Source: Brevibacterium luteolum (lineage in GTDB: Bacteria; Actinomycetota; Actinomycetes; Actinomycetales; Brevibacteriaceae). From it: a DNA stretch of 64,000 bases. A model generated the notes under the pieces. The model did not search any database. It worked only from the letters and a program-made list of their open reading frames with translations, and was not told where the DNA came from. The stretch is taken from positions 558,001 through 622,000 of the forward strand of contig NZ_JABEMC010000001.1 of the NCBI RefSeq assembly GCF_013004595.1, written 5' to 3'. This document shows positions 38,471-48,913 of the stretch, piece by piece. The first letter of the stretch is position 1; every line of letters begins with the position of its first letter. The position numbers and the translations under genes were made by a program.

Positions 38471-38516
38471 GCCCTCCAGGTTAGTCGGTGTCCGTCGGGC
38501 TTGGCATACTGACCCC

Positions 38517-39548
38517 ATGACATCACCTGCACCTGAAAATCCGCCGGCCTCACCTGGCACACCGCCGGCCCCACCTGGTGCCACGCTCGGCGACGTCGGT
38601 GAGGACGGCGTGCTCGCCGCGCTGCTCGCTGCCCTCCCTGCCGCCGGACCCGAGGTGCGGGTCGGGCCTGGAGACGACGCTGCGGTCTCGACGCTTAACG
38701 GGGACCTTGTCTCGACGACCGACATGCTCGTCGAGGGCGAGGACTTCCTGCCGGCCTGGACGGACCCCCACCAGCTCGGCATCAAGGCCGCCGCCCAGAA
38801 CCTCGCCGACGTCCACGCAATGGGCGCTGCCCCGCACGGCATGCTGCTGACGATCGGGGCACCAGCGGACACGCCGCTGTCGTTCGTGCGTGAGCTCATG
38901 GCCGGGTTCTCGGAGGAGACCGCCCGCGGGGGAGCGCAGGTGCTCGGCGGGGACCTGTCCGGCGGGCCGGTCGTCATCATCTCCGTCACCGCCCTCGGCA
39001 CGCTGGCCGCCCACCCGCCGGTGCTGCGCAGCGGCGCACAGCCCGGCGATGCGATCGTGCTCGCCGGCACCGTCGGCAGGGCCGCCGCCGGCCTCGACCT
39101 GCTGCTGGCCGACCCGGACTTGGCCGACGCCTCTGACCCGGCGCTGCGCGAGCCCATCGACGTCCAGCGCAGCCCGCGCCCGGACTACGCCGCTGCCGCC
39201 CGGATCGCCGGGGCAGCTCATGCGATGATCGACGTCTCCGACGGACTGGTAGGCGACCTCGGCCGGATCGCAGCCGCCTCCGGCATCACCGCCGACCTCG
39301 ACCCCAGCGCTCTCGACGCACTCGCTGCACCGCTGCAGGCAGCTGCCGACCACCTCGGGACCGGTGCCAGCCCGCGGGACTGGGTGCTACACGGAGGAGA
39401 GGACCACGGATTCCTCGCCACCGTGCCCGCCGACCAGGTTCCGGTAGGCTGGATGCGAATCGGAACATGCCGCGCAGCCAGCGACGACGGCGGCGTGACG
39501 CTGGCCGGGCAGCCGGTGACCGGAGGCTCCTTCCGGCACTTCGGCTGA
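38517..39548 (+). CDS. thiL: Thiamine-monophosphate kinase
   Basis: GPGDDAA, TTDMLVEG, NLADV.AMGA.P, GGDLS, RSGA.PGD, MIDVSDGL, GGED. Confidence 0.95.
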   Translation: MTSPAPENPPASPGTPPAPPGATLGDVGEDGVLAALLAALPAAGPEVRVGPGDDAAVSTLNGDLVSTTDMLVEGEDFLPAWTDPHQLGIKAAAQNLADVHAMGAAPHGMLLTIGAPADTPLSFVRELMAGFSEETARGGAQVLGGDLSGGPVVIISVTALGTLAAHPPVLRSGAQPGDAIVLAGTVGRAAAGLDLLLADPDLADASDPALREPIDVQRSPRPDYAAAARIAGAAHAMIDVSDGLVGDLGRIAAASGITADLDPSALDALAAPLQAAADHLGTGASPRDWVLHGGEDHGFLATVPADQVPVGWMRIGTCRAASDDGGVTLAGQPVTGGSFRHFG

Positions 39549-39587
39549 GCGCTGGCATCCGGACACCATGATCGGGGAGGGGAGAGA

Positions 39588-41279
39588 GTGGACGAGCGCG
39601 ACGCGCTGAACATCAACGGCCGGCTGGCCGCCCGCTGGGCCCGCCGGACAGTCGAGCGGCTGCGCCGCGAACGCAACGACATCAACGCCATCAACGTCTT
39701 CCCTGTCGCCGACGGCGACACCGGTTCGAATCTCTACCACACCGTCCGCTCGGCCTACCGCGCCGTCGAGAACCTGCGCGGAGCCGTCACCCTCAGCGAC
39801 GTCATCGGCGCGATGGCCACCGGTGCGCTGCGCGGAGCCCGCGGCAACTCCGGGCTCATCCTGTCAGTCGCCCTGCGCGGGGTCGCCGACGCCCTCGATG
39901 GGGTCACCGACCTCGACGCCCCGACGTTCGCCGGTGCACTCGAACTCGCCGCAGCCCGCGCCCGCACCGCCGTCGCAGCACCGGTCGACGGCACCATGCT
40001 CACCGTGCTCGAGGCGATGGCCGCCGAAGCTCGCAGCCAGGCCGATGCCGGTGCCGACCTCATCGGGCTCATCGCCGCCGTGCGCGAGACCTCCCAGCAG
40101 GCGCTGCTGGAGACCACCGGACAGCTGCCGGCGCTGAGCGAAGCCAACGTCGTCGATGCCGGCTCGTCGGGCATCGTCGAGCTCTTCGACCTGCTCTACC
40201 TCACCGTCACCGGTGAGGACCCCGCCGACCACCCCGCCCTGCACGCAGCCCACCTGACGACCACGACCGGCGGATCCACCGCCTCGGGCACGGACACCGG
40301 TGGTGAGGCCGACGCGGTTGCTGAGGCGTGCCGAGAACCAAGTGCCGGGGCGCTGCTGCACACCGGCGAACAGGGCTTCGAACTCGTCTTCTACGTCGCC
40401 GAGCGCCGCGACCGCACCCGGCGGGTGAAGAAGACCCTCACCGCCGCCGGTGGTGACTCGATCGTCGTGTCCTGGCCGATGATCCACGTCCACGTGCCCA
40501 GCGAGGACGCCGCCCTGGAGACCCTGCGGGCGTGCGCGGACCTCGGGATCGACCGGCTGCGCGTCGAAGACCTCTCCGTCACCGGCGGCCGCACCCTGGC
40601 CACCACCGTCATCGCCGTCTGCTCCGGGGTCGGGATGCTCTTCGCCTGCGCGCTGCAGGACGCCCACGCCGTCAACGCCGACGGGGCAGCAGTCACCGAG
40701 CAGATCGACGAGCTCATCGCCGAAGCCGACACACCCGTCATCGTCGTCCCCGACTCCGCGCACCTGCTCGGCGAGCTGCGCCGTCGCTACGGCCACGGCA
40801 GCGAGGCCACCAGCAGTCTGCACAGCGCCGGCAGCGAGGCACGCCAGCCGGTCTCGATCGTGCGCTCCCGCTCCGCTGCCGCAGTGCTCTCCGCGCTCGC
40901 CGTCTACGACAGCGCAGCCCCAGCCGCAGAAGCGTTCGAGGACATGGCCGAATCCGCCTCCGCCACCCGGGTCGGGGGAGTGGTCCGCGCCGAGCGCAGC
41001 TCAGCCGGCCCGCTCATCTACGACCGCTCCGACCTGCTCACCATCATCGACGGGCGCATCCGCAGCGTCGAACAGAACCCAGCCGACGCGGTCATCGCAT
41101 GCGCCGACCGACTCCTCGGAGCCGGCGGAGAGGTCATGACGATCGTCACCGGCGCACAGCTGCCGGCCAGCGCCACCGACGCGCTGCTGCGCCACGTCGA
41201 GACCCGCCACCCGCTCGTCACCGTCGACATCGTCCACTCCGAGCACCCCGAGGGCTGCGCGGTGCTCGGCGTCGAATAG
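39588..41279 (+). CDS. DAK2 domain protein (fatty acid kinase A-like)
   Basis: INAINVFPVADGDTGSN, GARGNSG, GTMLTV, VVDAG; upstream of recG. Confidence 0.88.
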   Translation: MDERDALNINGRLAARWARRTVERLRRERNDINAINVFPVADGDTGSNLYHTVRSAYRAVENLRGAVTLSDVIGAMATGALRGARGNSGLILSVALRGVADALDGVTDLDAPTFAGALELAAARARTAVAAPVDGTMLTVLEAMAAEARSQADAGADLIGLIAAVRETSQQALLETTGQLPALSEANVVDAGSSGIVELFDLLYLTVTGEDPADHPALHAAHLTTTTGGSTASGTDTGGEADAVAEACREPSAGALLHTGEQGFELVFYVAERRDRTRRVKKTLTAAGGDSIVVSWPMIHVHVPSEDAALETLRACADLGIDRLRVEDLSVTGGRTLATTVIAVCSGVGMLFACALQDAHAVNADGAAVTEQIDELIAEADTPVIVVPDSAHLLGELRRRYGHGSEATSSLHSAGSEARQPVSIVRSRSAAAVLSALAVYDSAAPAAEAFEDMAESASATRVGGVVRAERSSAGPLIYDRSDLLTIIDGRIRSVEQNPADAVIACADRLLGAGGEVMTIVTGAQLPASATDALLRHVETRHPLVTVDIVHSEHPEGCAVLGVE

Positions 41280-41298
41280 TCCGCGGAGAGCCGAGAAG

Positions 41299-43485
41299 AT
41301 GACCCGCGAACCGATCGACGTCAGCACCCTGCTCGACGACGAGCGCCTGTGCGCTGACCTGCGCACCGTCGGCATCACCACCGTTGACGAAGCGCTGCGC
41401 TACTTCCCGCGCCGCTACCTGCAGGCCGGCACCCTGAGCAACCTGGCGATGGTGATGGAGGAAGGCGCCGACGTTGCCTTCATGGCCCGCGTCGAATCCG
41501 TCACCACCCGGCAGATGCGCCAGCGCCGCGGCAGCATCACCACCGCCCGGGTCTCCGACGGCTCCTTCATCGTCGAAGTGCCCTTCTTCAACCAGCACTG
41601 GATCGCCGACAAGATGCTGCCCGGCACCGAGATCGCCATCAGCGGCAAGGTCGCCAAGCAGAACCCCAAATACGGCTCAGCCGCCCACTTCCAGATCAAG
41701 AACCCCGTGTGGCTCAACCAGATCGCCGGTGATGAGCTGACGTTCGAGACCCGCAGCCACCCGATCCCGATCTACAAATCCAGCAACCGGATCGCCACCC
41801 ACCGCATCGCCGCAGCCATCCGCACGATCCTCGACACCGCACTCGATGAGGTCTTCGCCGACCCGCTGCCCGTCCAGGTGCTCAGCGACCGGCAGCTGCC
41901 CGACCTGCGCAGCGCCTATGCGCATATGCACCGACCCGACACGATGGAACAGGTCGAAGCCGCGCAGAAGCGCTGGAAGTTCGAAGAGGCCTTCGCCCTG
42001 CAGGCCCACCTGCTGGCGCAGAAAAGCCTGTGGAACCGCGAGGTCTCCCGTGAGCTCACCGGCCGTGACGACGGGGCGCTCGCCTATTTCGACGAGCACC
42101 TGGCCTTCCAGCTCACCGGCGCCCAGCAGCGAGCCGGTGCGGAGATCGCCGCCGACCTGGCCCAGCCGCACCCAATGAACCGGCTGCTGCACGGCGACGT
42201 CGGCTCCGGCAAGACGCTTGTCGCACTGCGGGCGATGCTCCAGGCCGTCGACTCCGGTGCCCAGGCGGCGATGCTTGCCCCCACCGAAGTGCTCGCCGCC
42301 CAGCACTACCGCTCGCTCATGGCGATGCTCGGCCCGCAGGCCCAAGACCCCTCACTGTTCTCCCACGGCCGACTCTCACACGAGCACACCCGGGTGCGGG
42401 TGGCGCTGCTGACCGGCTCACTGTCGACGAAGGAGCGCAAGGAGCTGCTGCTGGCCCTGGTCGCCGGGCAGATCGACATCATCGTCGGCACCCACGCACT
42501 CGTGTCCGACACAACGATCTTCAACGCCCTCGGCCTCGTCGTCATCGACGAACAGCACCGCTTCGGTGTGGCCCAGCGCGAGGCGCTGCGCCGCAAATCC
42601 TCCGACTACGCCCCGCACGCCCTCGTTATGACCGCCACCCCCATCCCGCGCACCATGGCGCTGACCGTCTTCGGCGACCTGGAGACCTCCGTGCTCGACG
42701 AGCTGCCACACGGGCCCAAGACCATCGCCACCCACGCGTTCTCGCTCAGTGAGCACCCCACCTGGCTCGACCGGGTGCTCGCCATCGTCGCCGAGGCGGC
42801 TGCGGCCGGTCAGCAGACTTTTATCGTCGCCTCGAAGATCGACTTCGACCCCAGCCAGGGCGACCCGCTGACCGCACCGATCGGTGTCGACGAGCTCCAG
42901 CGCCGCCTGCAGAACCACCCGGCTGTCGCCCACCTCGATATGGCGGTTGTGCACGGCCGGATGGGCATGGAGGACAAAGAGGAGGTCATGCGCGCCTTCG
43001 CCGTCGGCAAACTCGACGTGCTCATCGCCACCACCGTCATCGAAGTCGGCATCGACGTTCCGCGGGCCCGCATCATGGTGATCTTCGATGCCGAGAACTT
43101 CGGCGTCGCCCAGCTGCATCAGCTGCGCGGACGCATCGGCCGCGACGGGCAGCCCGCGACCTGTTTTCTGCTCACCCACCAGCCATCGGGCAGCGAGGCG
43201 ATGGAGCGCCTGCAGACCGTCGCCGAGACCCTCGACGGCTTCGCTCTGGCCGAATTCGACATGGAGAAGCGCCGCGAAGGCGACGTGCTCGGCCGCACCC
43301 AGTGGGGCCGCACTTCACTGACCCACCTGTCGGTCGCCCGCGACAAACGCGTCATCGAAGATGCCCGGAAAGCCGCAGCAGACGTTGTCGACGCTGACCC
43401 GCTGTTCGAGGCCTACCCGCACCTGCGCGACTTCATCGACACGATCATCGGCCCCGAACGCAGCTTCGGCAGCACGGCGGACTGA
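41299..43485 (+). CDS. recG: ATP-dependent DNA helicase RecG
   Basis: MNRLLHGDVGSGKT, APTEVLA.QH, IDEQHRFGV.QR, MTATPIPRT, TTVIEVG, QLHQLRGRIGR. Confidence 0.96.
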   Translation: MTREPIDVSTLLDDERLCADLRTVGITTVDEALRYFPRRYLQAGTLSNLAMVMEEGADVAFMARVESVTTRQMRQRRGSITTARVSDGSFIVEVPFFNQHWIADKMLPGTEIAISGKVAKQNPKYGSAAHFQIKNPVWLNQIAGDELTFETRSHPIPIYKSSNRIATHRIAAAIRTILDTALDEVFADPLPVQVLSDRQLPDLRSAYAHMHRPDTMEQVEAAQKRWKFEEAFALQAHLLAQKSLWNREVSRELTGRDDGALAYFDEHLAFQLTGAQQRAGAEIAADLAQPHPMNRLLHGDVGSGKTLVALRAMLQAVDSGAQAAMLAPTEVLAAQHYRSLMAMLGPQAQDPSLFSHGRLSHEHTRVRVALLTGSLSTKERKELLLALVAGQIDIIVGTHALVSDTTIFNALGLVVIDEQHRFGVAQREALRRKSSDYAPHALVMTATPIPRTMALTVFGDLETSVLDELPHGPKTIATHAFSLSEHPTWLDRVLAIVAEAAAAGQQTFIVASKIDFDPSQGDPLTAPIGVDELQRRLQNHPAVAHLDMAVVHGRMGMEDKEEVMRAFAVGKLDVLIATTVIEVGIDVPRARIMVIFDAENFGVAQLHQLRGRIGRDGQPATCFLLTHQPSGSEAMERLQTVAETLDGFALAEFDMEKRREGDVLGRTQWGRTSLTHLSVARDKRVIEDARKAAADVVDADPLFEAYPHLRDFIDTIIGPERSFGSTAD

Positions 43486-43487
43486 GC

Positions 43488-44045
43488 ATGCGCATCATCG
43501 CCGGCCGCTTCAAAGGCCACCGCCTCAAGACCCCGCCAGGCGAGGGCACCCGCCCGACCTCTGACCGGGTGCGTGAATCCCTGTTCTCCTCACTCACCAC
43601 TCTCGACGTGCTCACCGGTGCCCACGTCCTCGACGTCTGCGCAGGTTCCGGCGGCCTCGGCTTCGAAGCGCTCTCCCGCGGAGCAGCCCACGTCACCTTC
43701 ATCGAACGCGCCGCCTCCGTGTGCCGCGTCATCACCGCCAACGCCCGCTCGCTGCGCGTGACAGGCGAGGTCGAGATCATCCAGGCGTCGGCTGCCTCGG
43801 GCGCGGGACGGCTGCCGGAAGGCAGCATTGACCTCATCTTCGCCGACCCGCCGTATCCCATGCCCGAGGCAGAGGTGACCGCGATCCTGGACGCGTGCGT
43901 CCCGCTGCTGCGTGACCCGGCAGCGCTCATCGTGTTCGAACGCTCCAGCCGGTCACCGGAGCCGAGGCTGCCGCAGCGGCTGGAGGTGTTCCGGCACAAG
44001 AAGGTCGGCGAGACCGCATTGTGGTTCCTGCAGCTGCGGGAGTGA
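43488..44045 (+). CDS. rsmD: 16S rRNA (guanine966-N2) methyltransferase
   Basis: MRIIAG, TRPTSDRVRESLF, GSGGLGFEALSRGA, DPPY. Confidence 0.95.
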   Translation: MRIIAGRFKGHRLKTPPGEGTRPTSDRVRESLFSSLTTLDVLTGAHVLDVCAGSGGLGFEALSRGAAHVTFIERAASVCRVITANARSLRVTGEVEIIQASAASGAGRLPEGSIDLIFADPPYPMPEAEVTAILDACVPLLRDPAALIVFERSSRSPEPRLPQRLEVFRHKKVGETALWFLQLRE

Positions 44046-44071
44046 CGAACGTGCGGGGCTGAGGCCTGGGG

Positions 44072-44893
44072 TCAGCGCTCCAGCACCGCGGAGAGGAACT
44101 TCGCGGTGCGCTCATGCTGCGGGCGGGTGAAGATCTCATCCGGCGGGCCGTCTTCGATGATCTGGCCGTCGGAGAACATCAACACCCGCTGAGAGACATC
44201 GCGGGCGAACTGCATCTCATGGGTGACGATGAGCATCGTGATGTCCGTGGTCTCGGCGATCTCGCGCAGCACCCCGAGCACATCGTCGACGAGCTCCGGG
44301 TCGAGAGCCGAAGTCACCTCGTCGAGCAGCAGCACCTCGGGATCCATCGCCAGCGCACGGGCGATCGCCACACGCTGCTGCTGTCCGCCCGAGAGCTTCG
44401 TCGGATGCTCATTCTCCTTGTCGGCCAGGCCGACCCGCTTCAGCAGCGCACGTGCCTTCTCCAGCGCCTCGGCCTTCGACATGCCGAGCACGTGGATCGG
44501 TGCTTCGATGATGTTCTCAGCGACCGTCATATTGGGGAACAGGTTGAAGTGCTGGAACACCATGCCGATGCGCTTGGTGTTGCTGCGCACCTGCTTCTTC
44601 GGCAGCGCTACCCGCTTATCGCCGCGCTTCTCGTGCGTCAGCGGCTTGCCGTGGACGTAGATGTAGCCGTCGGTCAGGCTCTCCAGTGTCATGATGAGCC
44701 TGAGGATCGTCGTCTTGCCCGAACCGCTGGGCCCGATGAGCGTGACGCGCTCGCCAGGGGCGACGGAGAAGTTGAGGTCCTGGAGGACGACGTTGGCGCC
44801 GAAACGCTTCTCGACGTCGACGAACTCGATGGCCGGCTGGGCTGCCGCAGCGCCGTCCGCGCGGGACTGTGGGGTCTCGTCAGTACCGGGCAA
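44072..44893 (-). CDS. ehuA: Ectoine/hydroxyectoine ABC transporter ATP-binding protein
   Basis: GPSGSGKTTILR, LSGGQQQRVAIARAL, LLDEVTSALDPEL. TTG start after GGAG. Confidence 0.85.
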   Translation of the reverse strand: MPGTDETPQSRADGAAAAQPAIEFVDVEKRFGANVVLQDLNFSVAPGERVTLIGPSGSGKTTILRLIMTLESLTDGYIYVHGKPLTHEKRGDKRVALPKKQVRSNTKRIGMVFQHFNLFPNMTVAENIIEAPIHVLGMSKAEALEKARALLKRVGLADKENEHPTKLSGGQQQRVAIARALAMDPEVLLLDEVTSALDPELVDDVLGVLREIAETTDITMLIVTHEMQFARDVSQRVLMFSDGQIIEDGPPDEIFTRPQHERTAKFLSAVLER

Positions 44894-45536
44894 GGGACTT
44901 CTCCAATCGTCGGATGAGCAGTGAGGTCGGATAGCTGGCGGCCAGGAAGATGAGGCCGGCAAGCGTGAACACCTCGGTGTAGGCGAAGTGTCGGCCGCCG
45001 TACTGTTGGGCGGAGGTCACCAGCTCGACGACTCCGATGGCGAACAGGAACGGGGTGTCCTTGAACATCGCCACCGCGTAGTTGCCCAGCGAGGGGACTG
45101 TCGCCCGCAGCGCCTGGGGGAGGACGATCGAACGGAACGCCCGGGCCGGCGGCAGCGACAGCGCGCTGATCGCTTCCCACTGGCCCTTCGGCACTGAGTC
45201 GATGCCGGCCCGGTAGCTTTCGGACATGTACGTCGAATAGTGCACGCCGATGATGATGAGCCCGAGCGTCAGCGACGGAATCCCGGCGAGCACCGGATGC
45301 TTGGCGAACAGGAAGTAGATGAACAGCAGCTGCACCACCAGCGGCGTGTTGCGCACGAATGCGACGGCGAGTTTGAGCAGCCAGTTGATCCACCAGGGCA
45401 GGATGCGCAGCAGGATCGCGATGACGAGTCCGAGCACAACGGCGATGAGTGTCCCGCCGACGGTGGCGATGAGGGTGTTCCCGAAGCCCTTGAGCAGCAG
45501 CGGCAGCGCATCGAATGCGCGCGACCAATCCCACAT
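44880..45536 (-). CDS. ehuD: Ectoine/hydroxyectoine ABC transporter permease
   Basis: MWDW start, RNTPLVVQL, HYSTY.SE.YRAGI, PKGQWEA, GNY..MFKDTP. Confidence 0.85.
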   Translation of the reverse strand: MWDWSRAFDALPLLLKGFGNTLIATVGGTLIAVVLGLVIAILLRILPWWINWLLKLAVAFVRNTPLVVQLLFIYFLFAKHPVLAGIPSLTLGLIIIGVHYSTYMSESYRAGIDSVPKGQWEAISALSLPPARAFRSIVLPQALRATVPSLGNYAVAMFKDTPFLFAIGVVELVTSAQQYGGRHFAYTEVFTLAGLIFLAASYPTSLLIRRLEKSLARY

Positions 45537-46267
45537 CAGCCCAGCACCTCCTTCTTCGGACGGTGCTGTCGGAAGAACACGCTGCGCAGACCTGCGGACT
45601 TCTCTCGCCGGCCGAGTGCGACCGCAGCCCGGTGCTCGAGGGCATCCATGCCGACCTGCAGCAGCCAGGCGAGCACGAAGTACAGCAGCAGCCCGACGGA
45701 GTAGGCGAAGAACGTGTCGCCGGTGGCCTGCCGCAGCTGGTCGATGCGGTCGGTGAGGTCCTGCAGGGTGACGAAGGAGACGACTGCGGTGCCCTTGAGC
45801 AGCTGGATGAGCAGCGTCGCCAGCGACGGGATCATGAGCAGCCAGGCCTGCGGGAAGATGATGCGCCGCAGCATCCGCACCGGCGACAGGCTCAGCGCCG
45901 TCGCCGCCTCCCACTGGCCGCGGTCGACGTGCGCGATCGACGAGCGCACTACCTCGGCGGAGTAGGCCCCGTAGTTGAGTGCCAGGGCGAAGATGCCGCA
46001 GCTGAGCGGATCGAGATTCACACCCAGCAGCGGCAGCACGTAGAAGAGCCAGAACAGCTGGACGAGCAGGGACGTGCCGCGGAAGAACTCGACGATGATG
46101 CGTGCCGGGATGCCGAGCCAGCGGTACGGGCTGGCCATCGCCAGTCCGAGCACTAAGGCGATGAGCAGCGCACCTGCTGCCCCGCCGGCAGTGAGTAGGA
46201 GGGTGATCTTCAGGCCGTCCCACAGCTGGGGTGCATAGCTGAAGAGCGTCGAGAGGTTGTCTGTCAT
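45536..46267 (-). CDS. ehuC: Ectoine/hydroxyectoine ABC transporter permease
   Basis: EFFRGTSLLVQLFWL.Y, NYGAY.AEVVR, GQWEA, LLKGTA. Confidence 0.85.
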   Translation of the reverse strand: MTDNLSTLFSYAPQLWDGLKITLLLTAGGAAGALLIALVLGLAMASPYRWLGIPARIIVEFFRGTSLLVQLFWLFYVLPLLGVNLDPLSCGIFALALNYGAYSAEVVRSSIAHVDRGQWEAATALSLSPVRMLRRIIFPQAWLLMIPSLATLLIQLLKGTAVVSFVTLQDLTDRIDQLRQATGDTFFAYSVGLLLYFVLAWLLQVGMDALEHRAAVALGRREKSAGLRSVFFRQHRPKKEVLG

Positions 46268-46326
46268 GAGCGCGTGTCTGTCATGTGCGTGCCTGGGATT
46301 CGGGTCGGAGGTGCAGAATACGCGTC

Positions 46327-46376
46327 GTCACCGGCGAGCGGCCCGCTCCCGAGGTGCGGGCCGCCCTGCCGATGAC
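46327..46376 (-). promoter_or_regulatory. Stem-loop between ehuB and ehuC (putative mRNA stabiliser or attenuator)
   Basis: GTCACCGGCGAGCGGCCCGC ... GCGGGCCGCCCTGCCGATGAC imperfect inverted repeat. Confidence 0.55.
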
Positions 46377-46387
46377 AGCGGACGTGA

Positions 46388-47278
46388 TCAGCTGGGCAGG
46401 TCACCCGAGCACAGCTGCTCGGTGGTGATGGACCCGTCAGGGCGCTCCTCGGCGGTGAAGCCGAACTCACCGACGATGTCGAGGTAGCGCTGCTCGTCGC
46501 CGACGATCTCGTCGAGCTTCTCGTTGTAGGCCTTGAGCAGCTCTTCGTCATCGGTGCGGAAAACGGTGCCACCGGCACCGATCTGCGGCACGCCGTCGAT
46601 CTCCTGCACGAACGACTCGGTCACCTCGACACCGGCATCCGGATTGTTGTCAGCCATCCAGTTAAGTGAGATGCCGGTGAGTGCGAAGACATCAGCCCTG
46701 CCGGAGGTCACCATGTCCATTCCGTCCTGCGGGGTGCCCACCTCAGTCGAACCGTCGATGCCGAGGTCGGCGGCGTAGTCCGATTCGATCGCACCGGTCA
46801 TCGTGGCAAGCGTGACATCGTCGTTGGCCGCGACATCATCGAGCGTCTTGAGATTGTGCGGGTTGCCCTCCTTGACCATGAGCGCGGTCGTGTACATGAA
46901 CTCCGGGTTGGAGAACGACGCCTGTTCGCAGCGGTCGGGCAGGATCGACATGCCCGCGGAGACGACGTCGAAGCGGTCAGCGTTAAGGCCCGGGATGAGA
47001 CCGCCGAACTCGGTGAGCACACCGTCGACCTCCTCGATGCCGAGCTCCTTGAAGATCTCGCGGTGCAGCGCGACAGTGGCGCCGGTCAGCTCGCCATCGG
47101 CTTCGAAGCTGTAAGGAGCCTCGCCGGCGAAGCCGACGGTGATCTTCTTGTCCTCCTGGGCCTTCTCCAGCGTCGTGCTGCCGGCATCCGAACCGCCTCC
47201 GCCGCAGGCGGCGACGAGTCCGAGCGAGGCGACGGCGGCAAGGGCTGCCAGGGGGCGGGCGATTCTGTGGTTGCGCAT
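46388..47278 (-). CDS. ehuB: Ectoine/hydroxyectoine ABC transporter substrate-binding lipoprotein
   Basis: Lipobox VAAC; GFAGEAPY, LIPGL...RFD..AGM.I.P.RC, GNP..L, GRAD.FALT, C-terminal T.EQLC. Confidence 0.85.
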   Translation of the reverse strand: MRNHRIARPLAALAAVASLGLVAACGGGGSDAGSTTLEKAQEDKKITVGFAGEAPYSFEADGELTGATVALHREIFKELGIEEVDGVLTEFGGLIPGLNADRFDVVSAGMSILPDRCEQASFSNPEFMYTTALMVKEGNPHNLKTLDDVAANDDVTLATMTGAIESDYAADLGIDGSTEVGTPQDGMDMVTSGRADVFALTGISLNWMADNNPDAGVEVTESFVQEIDGVPQIGAGGTVFRTDDEELLKAYNEKLDEIVGDEQRYLDIVGEFGFTAEERPDGSITTEQLCSGDLPS

Positions 47279-47495
47279 AGATACTCCGTTTCGTGCGTAC
47301 AGCAGGTGACGACCAGACAAGAAGTGTCGACCGAGCCGGTATGACCCAGGTCACTGCTCAACAACAGTATCGAGCGTTGTCTGCGCATCTACGGCATTTC
47401 CGGGAGCGTTAGGACATCGTTACATGCCCTGGCCGCCGCCGAGGCGTCCTGCGCTAGTCTGAGAGCGTCACCAGCCCCCGATGGAACGGATGCGT

Positions 47496-47993
47496 ATGAA
47501 GGTCGTCTGCCCCGGCTCCTATGACCCGGTCACCGTCGGACACATCGACATCGCCGCCAGGGCCGCCGCGCTGTTCGACGAGGTCGTCATCGCCGTGGTG
47601 CACAACCCGGCCAAGACCGGCCACTATCCGGTCGCCCAGCGCATCGAGCTCATCGAGGCTGCCCTGACCGCCGATCCGCGCACCGAGCAGGCCGCGAACA
47701 TCGTCGTCGACGACGTGCCCGGCGGTCTGCTCGTGGATTACTGCGCGCAGATCGGCGCTTCAGCCGTCGTCAAGGGGCTGCGTTCAGGCACCGACTTCGC
47801 TTATGAGCTGCCGATGGCCCTGATGAACCGGCACCTGACCGAACTGGAGACGATCTTCGTGCCCGGCGACCCGCGTTTCGAGCACGTCTCCTCCTCGCTC
47901 ATCCGCGAAGTCCACACACTCGGCGGAGACGTCTCGGGGCTCGTGCCGGCTGCGGTGCTCGAAGCGATGGATGCCAAGCGCCGGGCCGACTGA
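47496..47993 (+). CDS. coaD: Phosphopantetheine adenylyltransferase
   Basis: CPGSYDPVTVGH.DI, VKGLR...DF.YE..MA.MN, VSSSL. Confidence 0.96.
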   Translation: MKVVCPGSYDPVTVGHIDIAARAAALFDEVVIAVVHNPAKTGHYPVAQRIELIEAALTADPRTEQAANIVVDDVPGGLLVDYCAQIGASAVVKGLRSGTDFAYELPMALMNRHLTELETIFVPGDPRFEHVSSSLIREVHTLGGDVSGLVPAAVLEAMDAKRRAD

Positions 47994-48155
47994 CCGCTGG
48001 CTGCCAGCTGGCCCTGCCTGCTGCTCGCAGATGTCCAGTGAGGTGCACATCACCTCAAGTGGCAATCACTGGGCGAAGCCATTAGACTGTTTCCTTGCGT
48101 GTGATCCGTTGCGTGCCGACATCACGGACAGCGTCCAAACCGGAGGTGAAGACAC

Positions 48156-48677
48156 ATGAGCAGTAGATCTGACCTCATCGTCGACCTTCGCTCGCTCGGC
48201 CTGGCAGACAGGCCAGGCGAATGGACTCGACTGGAACGTGATGTCGCGGCTCCGGCGGATCTGCGGATCGAGATGATCGGAGTGCCAACCGGTTCGCCGC
48301 TTCACCTGGACCTGCAGCTCGACTCCGTGGTGGAGGGGATCTTCGTCTCCGGCACTGTCACGGCCACAGCCCAGGGACAGGACGCCCGCACGCTGGAGGA
48401 CCTGGAGGTTCCGCTGAACGTGGAGCTGTCCGAACTCTTCGCGTACGAGGTCGAAGAGGGCGACGAGGAGACATATCCGGTTGATCGCGATCGGATCGAC
48501 CTCGAACCGGCGATCCGAGACGCACTCGTCATGGCTTTGCCGTTCCGTCCTCTCAAGGATGGGGAGGATGCGGACGAGTTCCGGTACACCGTCGGCGAGG
48601 ACATCGTCGAAGAGGCACCGGCAGATGACCCACGCTGGTCAGAACTGAAACGACTGTTAGAAGAGAAAGAGAGCTAG
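48156..48677 (+). CDS. YceD/DUF177 family protein
   Basis: [27 protein letters not shown]; position between coaD and rpmF. Confidence 0.88.
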   Translation: MSSRSDLIVDLRSLGLADRPGEWTRLERDVAAPADLRIEMIGVPTGSPLHLDLQLDSVVEGIFVSGTVTATAQGQDARTLEDLEVPLNVELSELFAYEVEEGDEETYPVDRDRIDLEPAIRDALVMALPFRPLKDGEDADEFRYTVGEDIVEEAPADDPRWSELKRLLEEKES

Positions 48678-48679
48678 AC

Positions 48680-48883
48680 GTGGCTGTTCCCAAGCGAAAG
48701 ATGTCGCGCAGCAATACCCGCCACCGTCGTTCGCAGTGGAAGGCCAAGGTTCCGACCTTGGTCAAGACTGTGGAGAACGGTCGCGTTGTGTACTCGCGCC
48801 CGCACCAGGCCAAGGTGGTTGAGGACTCCGCCGGCACCCCGCTGTTCCTTGAATACAAGGGACGCAAGGTCGCCGACATCTGA
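48680..48883 (+). CDS. rpmF: 50S ribosomal protein L32 (Cys-free form)
   Basis: [22 protein letters not shown]. Confidence 0.96.
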   Translation: MAVPKRKMSRSNTRHRRSQWKAKVPTLVKTVENGRVVYSRPHQAKVVEDSAGTPLFLEYKGRKVADI

Positions 48884-48913
48884 TTCGGTTCTTCAGACGA
48901 ATCGCATCAGACA

